Below are positions 29,040-45,800 of a stretch of DNA of 64,000 nucleotides, piece after piece; position 1 is the first letter of the stretch; the number at the start of each line of letters is the position of its first letter. The stretch is from NCBI RefSeq assembly GCF_009914755.1, contig NC_060945.1, one strand, 5' to 3'. The notes under the pieces were generated by a model. That model saw nothing but the letters and a program-made list of their open reading frames with translations. It was not told the DNA's origin and did not search any database. Made by a program: the position numbers and the translations under genes. The stretch is from the human T2T-CHM13v2.0 reference genome, Homo sapiens.

Positions 29040-31200
29040 TGTAAGAGATTACCTAATGCCCTAAAGTAAAACTGTAGCAAATGAAAGATGTACATTTTAT
29101 CAGGAGGTAGGGTTAAATAGTAAAAAATTATCTTTTTTCAAATTAATTTATCATTTTAATATTATAATTCAAAGTCCAGATGGGATTCTTTTGAGAGAAA
29201 CTTTGTAAAAAAAAAAATTAAGAAAAATATTTTTTTTCTTAAAATAGAATATTAATAAGTGGTGGAGAATTGTACCATATATTAAGAAGTATTATGAAGC
29301 TTGGATTCCTTAAGCAGTGTGGGCTTGATATAGGCTAATCACTAGAACCAGGTAGCTCAGATGAACTCTATGATAGGTAAGCTGCAATATATGGTAAAGG
29401 AGGCACCACAAACTAATGGTTAAAAAAGTAGTATTTAATAAGTAGTGTTGGGACAACTGGTTATCTGTTTACAAAAAAAGATATCTTTGGATTCTTACCT
29501 CTTACCATACACCCCCCAAAAATCTACAAGAATAAAAGAGACTTGAAAAAATCATATAAATTTAAAAGTTTAGAAGAAAACTATCAAATCTCTGTTTGGG
29601 GGAAGGTTTACCAACTTAAAAATAATGGAAAAACTGTAAGGACAGAGATAGATGTTAATGCTATAAAAATAATAACTTATGCCTATAAAAAAATCAAAGG
29701 GCAGATACTTTGGACATTTTTTGAATCAATTGTGAATCACATTCATTTTCTTCCTTATGAAAAGCCACAGAAATCAATACTGGAAACATTTATTTATTTA
29801 TTTATTCATTATACTTTAAGTTCTAGGGTACATGTGTATAACATGCAGGTTTGTTACATATGTATATATGTGTCGTGTTGGTGTGCTGCACCCATTAACT
29901 CGTCGTTTACATTGGGTATATCTCCTAATGCTATCCCTCCCCTCTTCTCCCACCCCATGACAGGCCCCGGTGTGTGCTGTTCCCCATCCTGTGTCCAAGT
30001 GTTCTCATTGTTCAATTCTCACCTATAAGTGAGAACATGCAGTGTTTGGTTTTCTGTCCTTGCGATAGTTTTCTCAGAATGATGGTTTCCAGCTTCATCC
30101 ATGTCCCTACAAAGGACATGAACTCATCTTTTTTTATGGCTGCATAGTATTCCATGGTGTATATGTGCCACATTTTCTTAATTCAGTCTATCATTGTTGG
30201 ACTTTTGGATTGGTTCCAAGTCTTTGCTATTGTGAATAGTGCCGCAATAAACATACGCATGCATGTGTCTTTATAGCAGCATGATTTATAATCCTTTTGG
30301 TATATACCCAGTAATGGGATGGCTGGGTCAAATGGTATTTCTAGTTCTAGATCCTTGAGGAATCGCCACACTGTCTTCCACAATGGTTGAACTAGTTTAC
30401 AGTCCCACCAACAGTGTAAAAGTGTTAATAATGGAAACTTTAAAATCATGATAGATAATGTGCAAAAATCATTGCTAGAAAATCATAAAAGATGAGCAAC
30501 AACTAATAAATGAAAATGTGGAAATATTTCAACACATGGTGATCAAGATTTGCAAATTAAGATAAGAAAAAAAGTATTTCTTCCCAGCAAATTCACAAAC
30601 ATAAGCTGTTTTTAATGAGACAACTTACTGCTAATAACTTAAGGGTATCTTGTAGAGAGGAGTGCCAATTGTTGCAAGTCTTTTGGAAAAACTTTGATAA
30701 TGTATACCAAAACCCTTCAAGTATTTCTTCCCTTTGAACTAATAACTCTATTCCTGAAAATTTATCCCAAGAAACAAAGACCAAATGAAAAACCTTTCTG
30801 TTTAGGGATATTCTTTTCTGGCTTAATGTGATAGCAAAAATTGGTAACCATTTTAACATGCCATAAAGTAAAATAGTTAAGTAAGGTCAGGAATCACCAC
30901 TCAATGAGATATTATGTAATTGTTTTGAAATACTTTGTAAAAATTTATAATAAGAGAAATGTTCATGCCATAATATTAAGAAAGCAAGGTACTTTCATTA
31001 TATGTTATGAATGTTTATATATAGGAGTTCAGAGTTCCATATACAGAATGATCACAATTACATAAAAAGGAAAAAGGAATAAAACAAAACCCCAAATTCC
31101 ATTTAGATAAATGAATAAAGAAAATCATTTCATCAAGTGTTAACATTGATATTGTTTTGGTTAGTGGGAGTACGGTTGATTTTTTGTCTCCCTTTTTTTC
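29040..31200 (+). mobile_element. Highly decayed L1M (L1ME-like) fragments, interrupted by an L1PA
   Basis: A-rich; TATTTAATAAGTAGTGTTGGGACAACTGG and GGATTCTTACCTCTTACCATAC resemble the L1 ORF2 3' region. Confidence 0.55.
29790..30426 (-). mobile_element. L1PA4/5-type 5'-truncated LINE-1
   Basis: Antisense 3'UTR plus ORF2 C-terminus (ORF 30183-30449); TSD about AATACTGGAAACATTT / AATAATGGAAACTTT followed by AAAA. Confidence 0.92.
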
Positions 31201-32017
31201 CTGTTGTTTTCCCTAATGAGCATATATCACTTTGAGAATGGACAAAACAAGAAAGTTTTGAAACGTAGTATACTCACACATAATGGTTTCCCTGTATTGA
31301 TCTACATAAATGTGTGATTTTATTAAGCGGAAGTCTATTAGTACAAAAATCTACTTCCTATTACAGTTTGTCACTTCAGGCAGTTATTAAGGTCTTTCCC
31401 ACCTTAAAGAATATAAACCTATTTCTTTAGTTCTGCAGCCTAAGTTAAAAGGTGAAGTAAGTGCTAACATTTCTTTTTTTAAGAAAGAGCATCAATTTCA
31501 GCACAGACTTTCCACCTAGCACTGAAAATGTCACTGGGAAATTGTAGTCCTTAACCTAAAAGCTTAAAATCTCAATTATACGGATGAATCAGTTGAGACT
31601 CATGAATAATATGAAAAGGTCTTTTAATCATAAAAAGGCCTGGACAATGAAATGAATCACTTTGAGGTTAGCTATTTTTATAGAAAATGAGATTTTTTTT
31701 TTCAAATAGTTGAAAGCGTGAATGGTGCAACTGGAAATCATTCCAACAGTGCAGGAAAAAATAGAGCTATAAATAAAATGAAGAAACAAGTAAGCAACTA
31801 GGAAACGGAAGAGCAAGCTGAAGCAGCAATAGAGGCTGAAAAACCAGCAGTGAATTCAAGACAGGAATCTGTAAGTGCACTCAAAAGATGACATAAACAG
31901 AGAGAAAAGACCCTCTTCGTAATGTGTGGACCCATGTGATTTTCAGAATCTGGTTTTATGTACTGTAAAAGAGGATTATAAGTTAGGGCCTTTGGAAAGA
32001 AATAATTTTTTGCCACT

Positions 32018-32337
<320 letters not shown>

Positions 32338-32903
32338 TAATAACACGAATAATTATTAGAAGTAATAATAATCATATAATTTCCAGATTCTAATAACTCA
32401 TTTTGAAAAATATGGTTTTCATAGCTGATTGAAGAACTACAGATTGTTAGACAGGTATTAACCCTAGTAAAGGTGTGATACCTTCATGGAGTCAACCTAA
32501 AAACGCAGACAAGAGAGCAAAAATCCCAGTCTTATGGGAATTTCTAAAACTGGATTGTCCTTTAGTTTTCTAAAAGTGCTTTTTCATGCAACATCTACAA
32601 AATTCAACTCATTCTACAAGTTTGATGTGCAGAGGAAAACAATTATTTTTTTCTATCATTGATCTCTCCTTCCTCTTGGGAACTCACCTGCTGGTTAGAG
32701 GGGGATATGTGCAGCCAGTTTAAAGCATGCACCAATCTGATGAGTTAGGCCTTCAAAGCAGCATTCAGACCCTGTTGTGTAATAGTTTTTAGTGTCTTAA
32801 AAGAGCATTCTCTCCCTAAGCTTCTATCCCTAGATGGAGTCCAGGAATATGCCAGATTTCCTTCTGCCTTTGGGTCCTTTTGGATCCTATTTTCTTCAGA
32901 TGG

Positions 32904-33647
32904 TGATATGGTTTGGCTGTGTCCCAAATCTCATCTTGAATTGTAGCTCCCATAATTCCCACATGTCATGGGAGGGACCCAGTGGGAGGTAATTGAATCA
33001 TGGGTGAGGTTACCTCCATGCTGTTCTTGTGATAATGAGTGAGTTCTCACGAGATCTGATTTTTTTTTTTTATTATTATACTTTAAGTTTTAGGGTACAT
33101 GTGCACATTGTGCAGGTTAGTTACATATGTATACATGTGCCGTGCTGGTGCGCTGCACCCACTAACTCGTCATCTAGCATTAGGTATATCTCCCAATGCT
33201 ATCCCTCCCCCCTCCCCCCACCCCACCACAGTCCCCAGAGTGTGATATTCCCCTTCCTGTGTCCATGTGATCTCATTGTTCAATTCCCACCTATGAGTGA
33301 GAATATGCGGTGTTTGGTTTTTTGTTCTTGCCATAGTTTACTGAGAATGGATTAAAAAGTCAGGAAACAACAGGTGCTGGAGAGGATGTGGAGAAATAGG
33401 AACACTTTTACACTGTTGGTGGGACTGTAAACTAGAGCTGATGGTTTTATAAGGGGATTTCCCCCTTTTGCTCAGCACAGTTCTGTTGCCATGTGAAGAA
33501 GGTCATGGTTGCTTCCCCTTCCACCATGATTGTAAGTTCCCCAAGGCCTCCCCAGCCCTGAAGAACTGAGTCAATTTCACCTGTTTCTGTTATAAATTAT
33601 TCAGTCTTGGTTATTTCTTCATAGCAGTGTGAGAACAGACTAATACA
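32904..33647 (+). mobile_element. THE1 solo LTR split by an L1 insertion
   Basis: TGATATGGTTTGG...GACTAATACA; perfect 5-bp TSD GATGG (32899-32903, 33648-33652). Confidence 0.93.
33061..33435 (-). mobile_element. Very short 5'-inverted L1PA2-type element nested in THE1
   Basis: Antisense 3' end 33061-33349 (GAG diagnostic), sense piece 33351-33435; flanks AGATCTGAT / AGAGCTGAT. Confidence 0.92.
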
Positions 33648-34043
33648 GATGGCCAAGATTGTAGCTGGAAAACTCCCAATCCCTTGTAATGGCTTAGGCA
33701 TTGTTAAAGGAATGGCATGCCATTTCCCCTTCTGTTCTCAGAGCATAAAGCTTTTTTGATTAAATTATTTTCTTTAAATTTTCTGTGCTTATATATAAGT
33801 GCATGTATGTTCATGTTTGTGTGTGTGTTTCATGGGGATAAGAAAGATGAGGAGAAAAAACATAGGTAATACAATCCATTTAGTGTCTCTAAAGTGCTAG
33901 GCATTTATAGTATCATTATCTTATTTGCTTTTTGTGGAAATCTTAGCCACAGTTATCATCACTTTCTAATCAATGAAGATAGTAAAGCTGCAGTATATCA
34001 GAATGGAGCCTGTGTCTATTTGATCTCAAAGATTGTGTTCATT

Positions 34044-34630
34044 CCATTCCTTAAAGAACTAAAAGTAGAACTACCATGTGATCCAGCAATCTCACTCCTG
34101 GGTATCTTCCCACAGGAAAAGAAGTCATTATACAAAAAAGATACTTGCACACACATGTTTATAGCAGCACAATTAGCAATTGCAAATATATGGAACCAGC
34201 CCAAATGCCCATCAATCAATGAGTGGATAAAGAAATTGTGGAATATATATACCATGGACTACTACTCAGCCATAAAAAGGAATGAAATAATGACATTTGC
34301 AGCAACCTGGATGGAATTGGAGACCATTATTCTAAGTGAAGTAACTCGGGAATGGAAAACCAAACATCATATGTTCTTACTCACAAGTGGGAGCTAAACT
34401 ATAAGGATGAAAAGACATAGGAATGATACAATGGACTTTGGGAACTCAGGGGAAAGTGTTGCAGTGGGCTGAGGGATAAAAGACTACACGTTGGGTATAA
34501 GGTACAGTACTCGGGTGATGGGTGCACCAAAATCTCAGAAATCACCATGAAAGAACTTACTCAGGTAATCAAACACCACCTGTTCCTCAAAAACCTATTT
34601 AAATAATTTTAAAAATGCAAAAAACAAAAA
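34044..34630 (+). mobile_element. L1PB 3' fragment
   Basis: ORF2 C-terminus FLKELKVELPCDPAISLLGI in ORF 33894-34397; L1PB-type 3'UTR. Confidence 0.9.
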
Positions 34631-34719
34631 GAGATTGCACTCTTTCCTTTATCTCTTGGGAGTGGTAAAGTGGAAAAAATAGTTTTTTATGGCCTTTGGT
34701 GTTCAATTTGTAATGTTGC

Positions 34720-35870
34720 CATCCAAATCAGTTGTACCAGTTTGCAGTGTTACAAATTGTACAGAGTATTTCTAGTGTGGTAACATCCTTATTCAATCTG
34801 TGTGCTATTTCCAGAAGTGTTTTCTAATTTGTAGGTCCATGTTAATATTTCAAGTTTGCTTTAATGTGCAATCTTTGATGTTTAGTGAGAATGAACACAT
34901 TTCCATTTGTTTGTTTAAATGTAATTGTGTTCTTTCTTGTACAAATTGTTACATATTTTCAATTTTAATGCTAGGGCATTTTTGCCTTTTAAAATAAATT
35001 TTAATGAGATGATATTTTATAGAAATATTTGACATACTCAATATCAAATATTGTTCATAGTCTACTGGTTTCTTTATCAATTGAGTTTTTAATATATCAT
35101 TTTAAGTTTTACATATCTAAATTTGTCAGTTTTTTCTTATGATTTTGATTGGTACTTTAGGCTTGAGAAAAATTATTATTTGTCTGCAGATATAATCAAT
35201 ATTTTAATTATTCTAATTTTTATGAATTTGTTAATTTTATAATGTTTTATAATGTTTTAACATCTAACACAACTTAATTCTTCTAAGAGCAATACTTTGC
35301 TTTTCTTATATTTTAAAAACCAGTGACACTTTTTTCAGTGTTTTTATAATATTCCAATTATTCTAAACACTTTCCTAAAATTGATTTTGGAAATATTTTG
35401 TTATCTTCCCACCCCTCTCTATTGAGAGTTTGAATGCAATGGTAATACTTCTACAAATTAACTTTGAAGAAATATTAATCTCTTTATCAAGGTTTAAATT
35501 ATAACTTCACTTATTAAAGTTTTTCTTTATATTTCCTACTTAACATTTTTCATTATAAAAGTTCTATGTAGCTTTTAATTAAGCTTTTTCATGAATATTT
35601 GCTAACTCTATTATTCTTGAGAATAATCTCTTTTATTATTATGCTTTAGCTTCCTTTTACGGGATATAAGACTTTGATGAACTTTTTGGATGTTCTATCT
35701 TTTCATTTCACTGTTATTATTTCTAATTGGTAATTTATCTCTAATAGCAGATTTATTCGGCTCTTTTAATGATGCAATTATTCTAATTGTGCATAATAAT
35801 TTTTCAGTTCCCAATATGATTTTTATATCTTACTTGAATCTTAATGATATTTATTATTATTTTAGAAAAA
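34720..35870 (-). mobile_element. Decayed L1M relic (T-rich)
   Basis: GTTGTACCAGTTTGCA and similar antisense L1 motifs in a very T-rich tract; probably continues at 36670-39200. Confidence 0.45.
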
Positions 35871-35874
35871 CAGT

Positions 35875-36668
<794 letters not shown>

Positions 36669-37043
36669 AATACTGATAATAGGTATCCTTACTCTTTTCT
36701 TGTGTTTAAAATGAATGCCACATATGTTTCAAGTTTTGATTTAATATAAATAATTATAGTAAAGTAAAATTTTTTATTACTTTAAAAATATTGTTATAGG
36801 GTATAAAATTTTATTAGATGTACGTGTGTGGGGAAGATCTGTTGAAATTATCACATGCATAATTTCAATAGATGCCCACTAACACATGGATATTTTCTTA
36901 TTTAATTTATATGTTGTATATTATATCTATAGATAACCAAATATATTAAACTATAACTTCAGCTTTTCTGGTATTTGGTTAAATAATCTTCTCATCACAT
37001 GACACAATGATGAGAACAGACAATATCTCAAAAGACAAAGACC

Positions 37044-37377
<334 letters not shown>

Positions 37378-37976
37378 CTAGGGGAGCACCACAAATGTAT
37401 TAACAAAGATACATTTTAACAACTTTTATTTTAGTATTACTGAGTAGCATAATGGTCCTGTTGATGGTTCCATCCCATCCCAAGGCTCTGACTCTGTCCC
37501 AGATTCTTAACTTTTCTTCTTATCAAAGCTAGTCTTTTTATAATTTAGGAATAGACTTCCGATAAATATCTGCTTATACCATGTCAGTCTGGAGTGCTGC
37601 TGAAAGATATTTTTCCTATCCCTATCCTTCCTAGCACTGCTAAGGGAGTGAGGTCAGACACCACCCAGTAACACAAATAGTGCCATCTTATGGCTCAGCT
37701 TCACCATCTTTGCAAAACATGTGTAATACTATACCATGGAATAGTATACCATGTATACCACTTACTAGTACCTGGTATAGTATTTTCATGGTATTATACT
37801 ATAGCATGTATAACATTAATTTAATCTTTTTTCTCCAACCTTTTAATATGAATACATTCTAACATACAGGAAAGTTGAAAAAATAGTACAGTGGATAAAA
37901 TGCTTAACACCTCTTCTGTTACCATGGCTTCTTCATTCTCAAGTTTTAAATTTTGACTCATCTATTAATTGGCTAG

Positions 37977-38322
<346 letters not shown>

Positions 38323-40207
38323 TCATGGATGTTTTTATTCCTTCGTTTCTTCTATGTTCAATAATGTCTACCTGATGCTATGTGAACAACCTCTCTTGGC
38401 TGGAGATAATTCTCTTGGGGGAACCATTTTTTTTCCCTTAGAGATTAATAGACATTATTCCATCATCACCTGGCATTCATTGGTATGGTGAATAAATCTA
38501 CGGCCAGCATGATTTTTTTTCTTTTTGTGAGTGATGTGCATTATTTGTCTGGATGACTGTGTAATTGTTTATTCTTGATGTTACTTAGTCTACTAGATGG
38601 TTCTTGGTGTTGAAAATCCCCTATAACACTTGATATGTTCAATTATGATATGAGCTTTTGTTCAGGCTCATTGGTTGCTCTTTGAATTTTGGGATATATG
38701 TATATATATATCGTATTGTATAATACGATATATATATTGTATTACAACTTACAACATATTTTTTCAGTTTCACTTGTTGATTATCTCACGGGCACCAATT
38801 CTTCTTTGGCTATATCATCTTTGTCCTCCATGTAACTTAGTTCCTTTCTAATTGTTTAGATGTCTTTGTTTTTTAAATTTGCATTCATTATTTTTATGTT
38901 CAATTTTCCACATGTTAGTAGCTTGCTCTTTAGCAATGTCTATTCAGTTCCTTGCTAGTTCTAATACGTTTTTTAGTTCAGAAATAATGTTGATTTGAGC
39001 ATCAATTTATTGCCTCAGCTAGGCAATTTCTCTTTTCATCTTATTCTATCCTTTTTACCATCTTACCGTATTCATTTAATAATTACGTTGTTTCATAGCA
39101 TAACACAGTGGTAGAGCACTTTCCCTCGTTCATTAATTTTTCCTTCTAGCATTGGTTCTTTGTCTTTTTGACATTCTGCTCCCTTTTCTACTCCCACCCT
39201 TTTGGCTGTCACATGTTTGCATTGTTGCCGTGCTATTTTTTTTCTTCTTGCTTATGACTTGGCAGTCCTGTGCTGATGTTCCATTTGATGTGGTATAGAG
39301 CTGGGTGATTTCTTAACCCTCTTCCTGTCATATGAGAGTTTGTTTTCCTCTGTAAGCTACAGTTTGATAGTTAAGTCTTTTGCTTCTACCCATTTTTGAG
39401 TCGCCTAAGGAGAAAATAGAGGATACGAAGAAAGGTCGGCTGAGGAGCTCTCTTTTAGGATATTTAGGATCTTTTGTGCCTTTGAGGTTTTTTGTCACAT
39501 ACGTGTTCTGTAACACTTGGCTAGGAATCATATATTTTATTTCCGCTTGGAGGCAGGAAGGGCCTTGAGCTTTAGCTTGTTCTTCAGTTGTACTTCAATA
39601 CAGGATGTAGGTCTGTAGTTTCCATTTTCATCAGAGAGAGTTATGTACATTGTCTGCTTTCTCCATTTAACCTGCCTCACCCCAGGAACCACTCCATCAT
39701 TCTTCTGTTAAGAGAGAAAATGATACAGATATATGTTCAGTCTGCTTCTGTTCAGGTTGAGGGTATTAACAACAAATTTCAGAACTTTGTAACCTCAGTG
39801 ACACTCCTTCTGGGATAAGCTGAGGTCCACTAGGAGGGAACTGGTTTGGATGCCAGCTGTACTGCACCCCTCCCCTCCACTGAAGAATGCCCCCTCCCCT
39901 GCAACTTTCCTTCCACGATTTCGTTTAATTATTTTTCCTTCTGTAGGTTGCTGTAGCTCTTCTTTGCTCACTTGCTAAGTGTCAGGGGAGGCAAGTTCTG
40001 TGTTGCACTTTAAATTTATTATGTTCATTCAGAAACCCTGCTAAACACCTTAATAGCAATGCTGGGAGGAGAATATTAGCATGCCCAGGCAGCAAAGGAA
40101 CAACAAAGCCCAGGGTTGTTAAGCGATGTGCTTATGGCCGCATAAATTAGTATGTGGAAGATTCAGAAAGCAGGCCCATTTTTTTCCATTCCAGACCATA
40201 GCTTTTT

Positions 40208-40511
<304 letters not shown>

Positions 40512-40568
40512 TAGCTTTTTGTATTACAGTCCCAAATACAAGTTAATTATTTCATCAATTAAACAAAA

Positions 40569-40711
40569 ATATACACATATATATTATATAATGTATATAC
40601 ATATATATACATATGTATATATTATATTGTATATATGTATATATAAACATTATATATATATGTATTTATACGTATATTTTATATATACATATGTGTGTGT
40701 GTGTGTATGTA
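40569..40711. repeat. Degenerate (TA)n/(TG)n low-complexity tract
   Basis: Read directly. Confidence 0.9.
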
Positions 40712-40752
40712 TAGTTCTACAGTCCTTGACGTATTTTGAAAATTCCAAAATT

Positions 40753-41048
<296 letters not shown>

Positions 41049-41284
41049 GAAAATTCCAAAATGAAGGGTTATTTGGGAAAAATCTATAAGCTTACCTTTG
41101 TTCAATAGACACATTCATGAACAGCTGTGTGTAAAGTTATGTCTAGATAGAACAATATTTAAAATGCATAATTGTGTACACTATTTTAAATAACCCTGGA
41201 TAAGATATTCCAAAATTTAAGGAAAATTGTAGTAATTTGATTTTTTAAATATACACATTTTAGTTTTGTGTGTGTGCATGTTTA

Positions 41285-41616
<332 letters not shown>

Positions 41617-41650
41617 TCAATATCAAGAGGCTTTGTAAAACCTCCTTTGA

Positions 41651-41989
<339 letters not shown>

Positions 41990-42114
41990 TAAGCTAGGAC
42001 GTTTTGTTTTTGTTTATTTTGATCTGTACTTGCTGTCCCTGGGTATAATGTGTAGAGGGTTCTGTGTTAGGGCCTGAGTCTTATTTGTATACTCATCGCT
42101 CCAATTTTCTGATT

Positions 42115-42297
42115 CAGTGGTTCTTATCCTACCCTGTACACAAATATTATCTAGGATGTTTGTTAAAATATAGCTGGGACCCAATTAGAAATTCTGACTC
42201 AAAAGTATTGGGGTAGGACTTAGGAGTCTGCATTTTAACAAGATCTCTAGTTCCTTTTAAGGAAGATAGTCCATTGACTACAATTTTAGAAACACTG
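42115..42297. mobile_element. MER5-family DNA transposon
   Basis: CAGTGGTTCT...AGAAACACTG termini; TCTGCATTTTAACAAG. Confidence 0.72.
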
Positions 42298-42604
42298 CTT
42301 TAGATCATTTAATAGTTGAGATTTGGTGTATCAAGGGGCATTTCCCCAGCTTGGTTATCAGAGATGGAAGTATTCCTCATGTCTCACAATAGCCCTAAAG
42401 GATAGAACACCTGATATAAAATGGTGCTCTTAGTCACATAGAAAAGAATGTGGAATTTAAGATAGTAATGTTAGGGGTAGACATTTGAATAAATAATTTT
42501 TGCCTAATTAGCTTTCAATGGTTAGCTTATGACAGAAAATGTGCAAAGGCAGATATTAGAATTTTACAATCCTTCTGATTGAAAATAGTAATTTTTTATT
42601 TTTT

Positions 42605-42805
42605 TTTCTGTTCTATTTAGACCTTTAATGGCCTGGGTGATATCCACCTACCTCGGTGAGGACAGTTTTTTTTACTCAGTTTACTGAGTCAAATGCTAAT
42701 CTCTTCCAGAAAGACCCTCACAAATACACCCAGAAATAGTGTTTTACTAACTATCTGGGCATCCCTAAGCCCAGTCAAGTTGACATATAAAATTAACCAT
42801 CACAC
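42605..42805 (-). mobile_element. MLT2 LTR fragment
   Basis: CCCAGTCAAGTTGACATATAAAATTAACCATCACA is the reverse complement of the MLT2 5' terminus. Confidence 0.85.
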
Positions 42806-45800
42806 AGGAGGCCATTTAAAAGTTTTTTTGTGAGGCTCAATTACGATAATCCATGTACAAGCTTTCTGAAATGCGTAAGTTATGATACATTTGAAAAGTG
42901 TAACATCACTGATGCTCCTTGCCATAAACTTAGGCAATATGAAACAATCTTGCTCTTAGAACCACTTCAAATGATTGGTAAATTGGGGTCACTTATGGTA
43001 ATTTTATTTATAATCTTTAATCTTGTATCTACATCTCTTTTCTCCTCTTCCTTCTCTTACATTCAGTAAATCTAAGGCTTCTTTGAGTTTCTGTGCCCTC
43101 TCTTACCTATTGGCAATGTCTATAAAGACACAGCTCACCTCTTTCTTCTCTTCTGGGAAATATTATTAGCCATTATGCTTTCAGCCCACATTTGTTCACT
43201 TATTATTTCCCTGTGTAGACCCTACAAAATGGGAACCAGATCTTTTTCTATAGTTTTAGATAAAGGTATTCTGGCAGTTTTCTAGAGAAATTCATTATTA
43301 GAAATTTATTCTAATGGGAACCCATTTTTGGCTTACTCTGTTGGTTGCTTTGACCTCTGTTTTTCCTTGCAGAGCTCGACTTATTAATATCATTTAGGAG
43401 CACTGGGAAACATCATTCTGCATATTTATCAGGCAATTCATACACACATCCCTACAGTTCAGTGTATAGAGCTTCTCTGTTTTGGACTTAAACTGAAAGA
43501 TTTTAATGACTGGTCGTATTGGCCCAGCTCCTAATATGCAGATGAATCATTGTGTCTGCACTGCGGAGTGTTGGCCATCTTTTTACTTCTGCTTTTCTTA
43601 AGTAGATGCAAATATTGAGGGGATCCTAAAGAAGGACAGGAAGAGTACCAGCATTTTTTTTTTTCTAAATCTGCCACTAAAGTCCCTTTGGATTGGATTT
43701 TAGATAGTCATGGCATTTGAATAACCTGCATTTATTAATCTCTGGAAATAAGTGAAAAACTAGAAAAGGCTGAACGTACAATCAATATAATGCAATACTG
43801 GGGCCTAACAAAGTGGATAAATGATATTTATCAGCAGGCGACTGCTGTTTAATTCACAGGCACAAATGCCCACATTCATCTGTGACACTGAATCAGTTTT
43901 CTTGTGAGTGTTGTCTTCCCTGAGGTTTCTTTCTCTTACTCTTCTCTCCTTGCTCAAATTTCAGAGTTGTCATCCACAATTCTGGGAAAGGTGATGTTTC
44001 ACTTGCTTCATTCAATAAAGATGGGGTTTAGGGGGGTGACACAAGGTATGGCTACCAATGTCTAATGCTGGTATTATATCCTTTATCCAGTATGCTGGGG
44101 AGAAAGTACAATCATTTTGCTTTACTTCATAGCTATCTGGTTCATTAAATCCCATGAGTCTTGGTAAATTATGAAGCAATTATTGATTTTGTTGTGGTCA
44201 ACATCAAGATATATATTGATTTTCCCACCAGTCAATAGTTTCCAGAGGCATAATCAATATTGATGTTTGCTGAACATGTGTGTTAATGTCAGTGTGTGTA
44301 TATGTACTTAGATCTCTACACTCAGATATTTATTTTATACTCTTTCTGAACGTTTTTGTAAAAAACTATTTTCTCCCAAAGATCCTATTATTTTTTGGCT
44401 GATTTATTCAGTTCTTCCTTTTTGCTTTACATTTTTAATCTCATTTATTCTTCCCCGGATTGATAATGGAAAGGAAAACTAAGGCTTTGGAAGAAGTCTA
44501 TTTGCCTTTAATGAACCGGTTGGGGGTGAGTCTTCCTGATGAGATTGTGATTAATTGCAAAGTGAGTATTACTTCTTGTCTCCATCCTGTCGGTTCGATA
44601 GAATGACAAAAAAAGTTGAAGACTTTCACTCTCCATTCCAGCATCTACCAGACCAACATAACTCAGTAAGCACATCTGAGAATCCCCCTCATTTACTCCC
44701 AGTACTTTTTTCAATTATGTGGAACATAGACGAACAGGTCAAACTTGGATTTAGACAAAGTTAAATGATCAACTACATGATGCAATTTAATGGGCACAAA
44801 AATAAAAAAAAAAAAACCTCTTACTGTCTTACATAATAGCCTAAAGTCTACCAGTAGGAATTTATTATAAATATCCTCTTAGAAAATTCAGATTGCTCCT
44901 GAGTAAATTAGAATATCAGGAAACTCACCCTTAGCCATCTATTGAACACATACTAGATATCTAGTTCTTTGCTATCATTTTGAGTTGGCACTTTACTTGG
45001 TTGACTCCGTGGTTCTTTAGTCTTTATCTGCACTCCACGTTTCTTTAAGCTAGCTGATGTTTCTCATATATTAATTGGCTTCTTCGACCAGTGAGGCAAA
45101 TGAATTAGTACTCATTTCATCAGTGAGTTTTTTCTTTTCATCTAGAAAGATGCATTCCATCTAGGAAATGGGGGATTTGATGGCATGTGAGAAAGGTGAG
45201 AAGAAAGGAATAAATTTAAAGTACAGCAAATTGCCATCCTATACATGCATGTGTGCATGCCCTCTGGTATATATGTATCAGATGCTAGGTGGTAAGCAAT
45301 AATTTGCCATGAAGCAGTTTGGTAGGGGTGAACTTCTCAGAGTAATTTCAAGCCAGTTATTGACTCCCAATAACAACTTAGCATTCTGATTCCCAGAGGA
45401 TAATGTGGTCAAGAAAAGAGAAGGATAACGCATACATGACAAAATCAACCTCCCTCATTAAAACAATTTCCCTAATTGATCAGTGCTTCAGAGCATTCCA
45501 TGTAGTGGCCGGGGAAAAAGTGCAGTACAGAAAAAAACTGGTTCTTGCAAAAGAGAGATAGCTTTGATGTGACAGAGACAGTGTGACAATAACCAAGTCC
45601 ACTTTTCTGTAATACTGATCTGCCAATGCTTTGTATAGTGCTTAAGACCCATGTGGAGAAAATAGCAGTTCACATTCTGTTGATGCATATTTAAAGCTAA
45701 GAACTTAAAAATGAGATTTTATGTTTGAATTGTTTTTGTTGCTATACTTTTGAGCCAGTGTGATTCTTTATAAAATGCATCAACATGATTTTCAAACGTT

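Noticed and set aside
44790-44820. AATAAA plus A13 as the tail of a processed pseudogene
   Set aside because: No TSD or upstream coding remnant found, and the signal-to-tail spacing is wrong; the genomic A run could also cause oligo-dT mispriming
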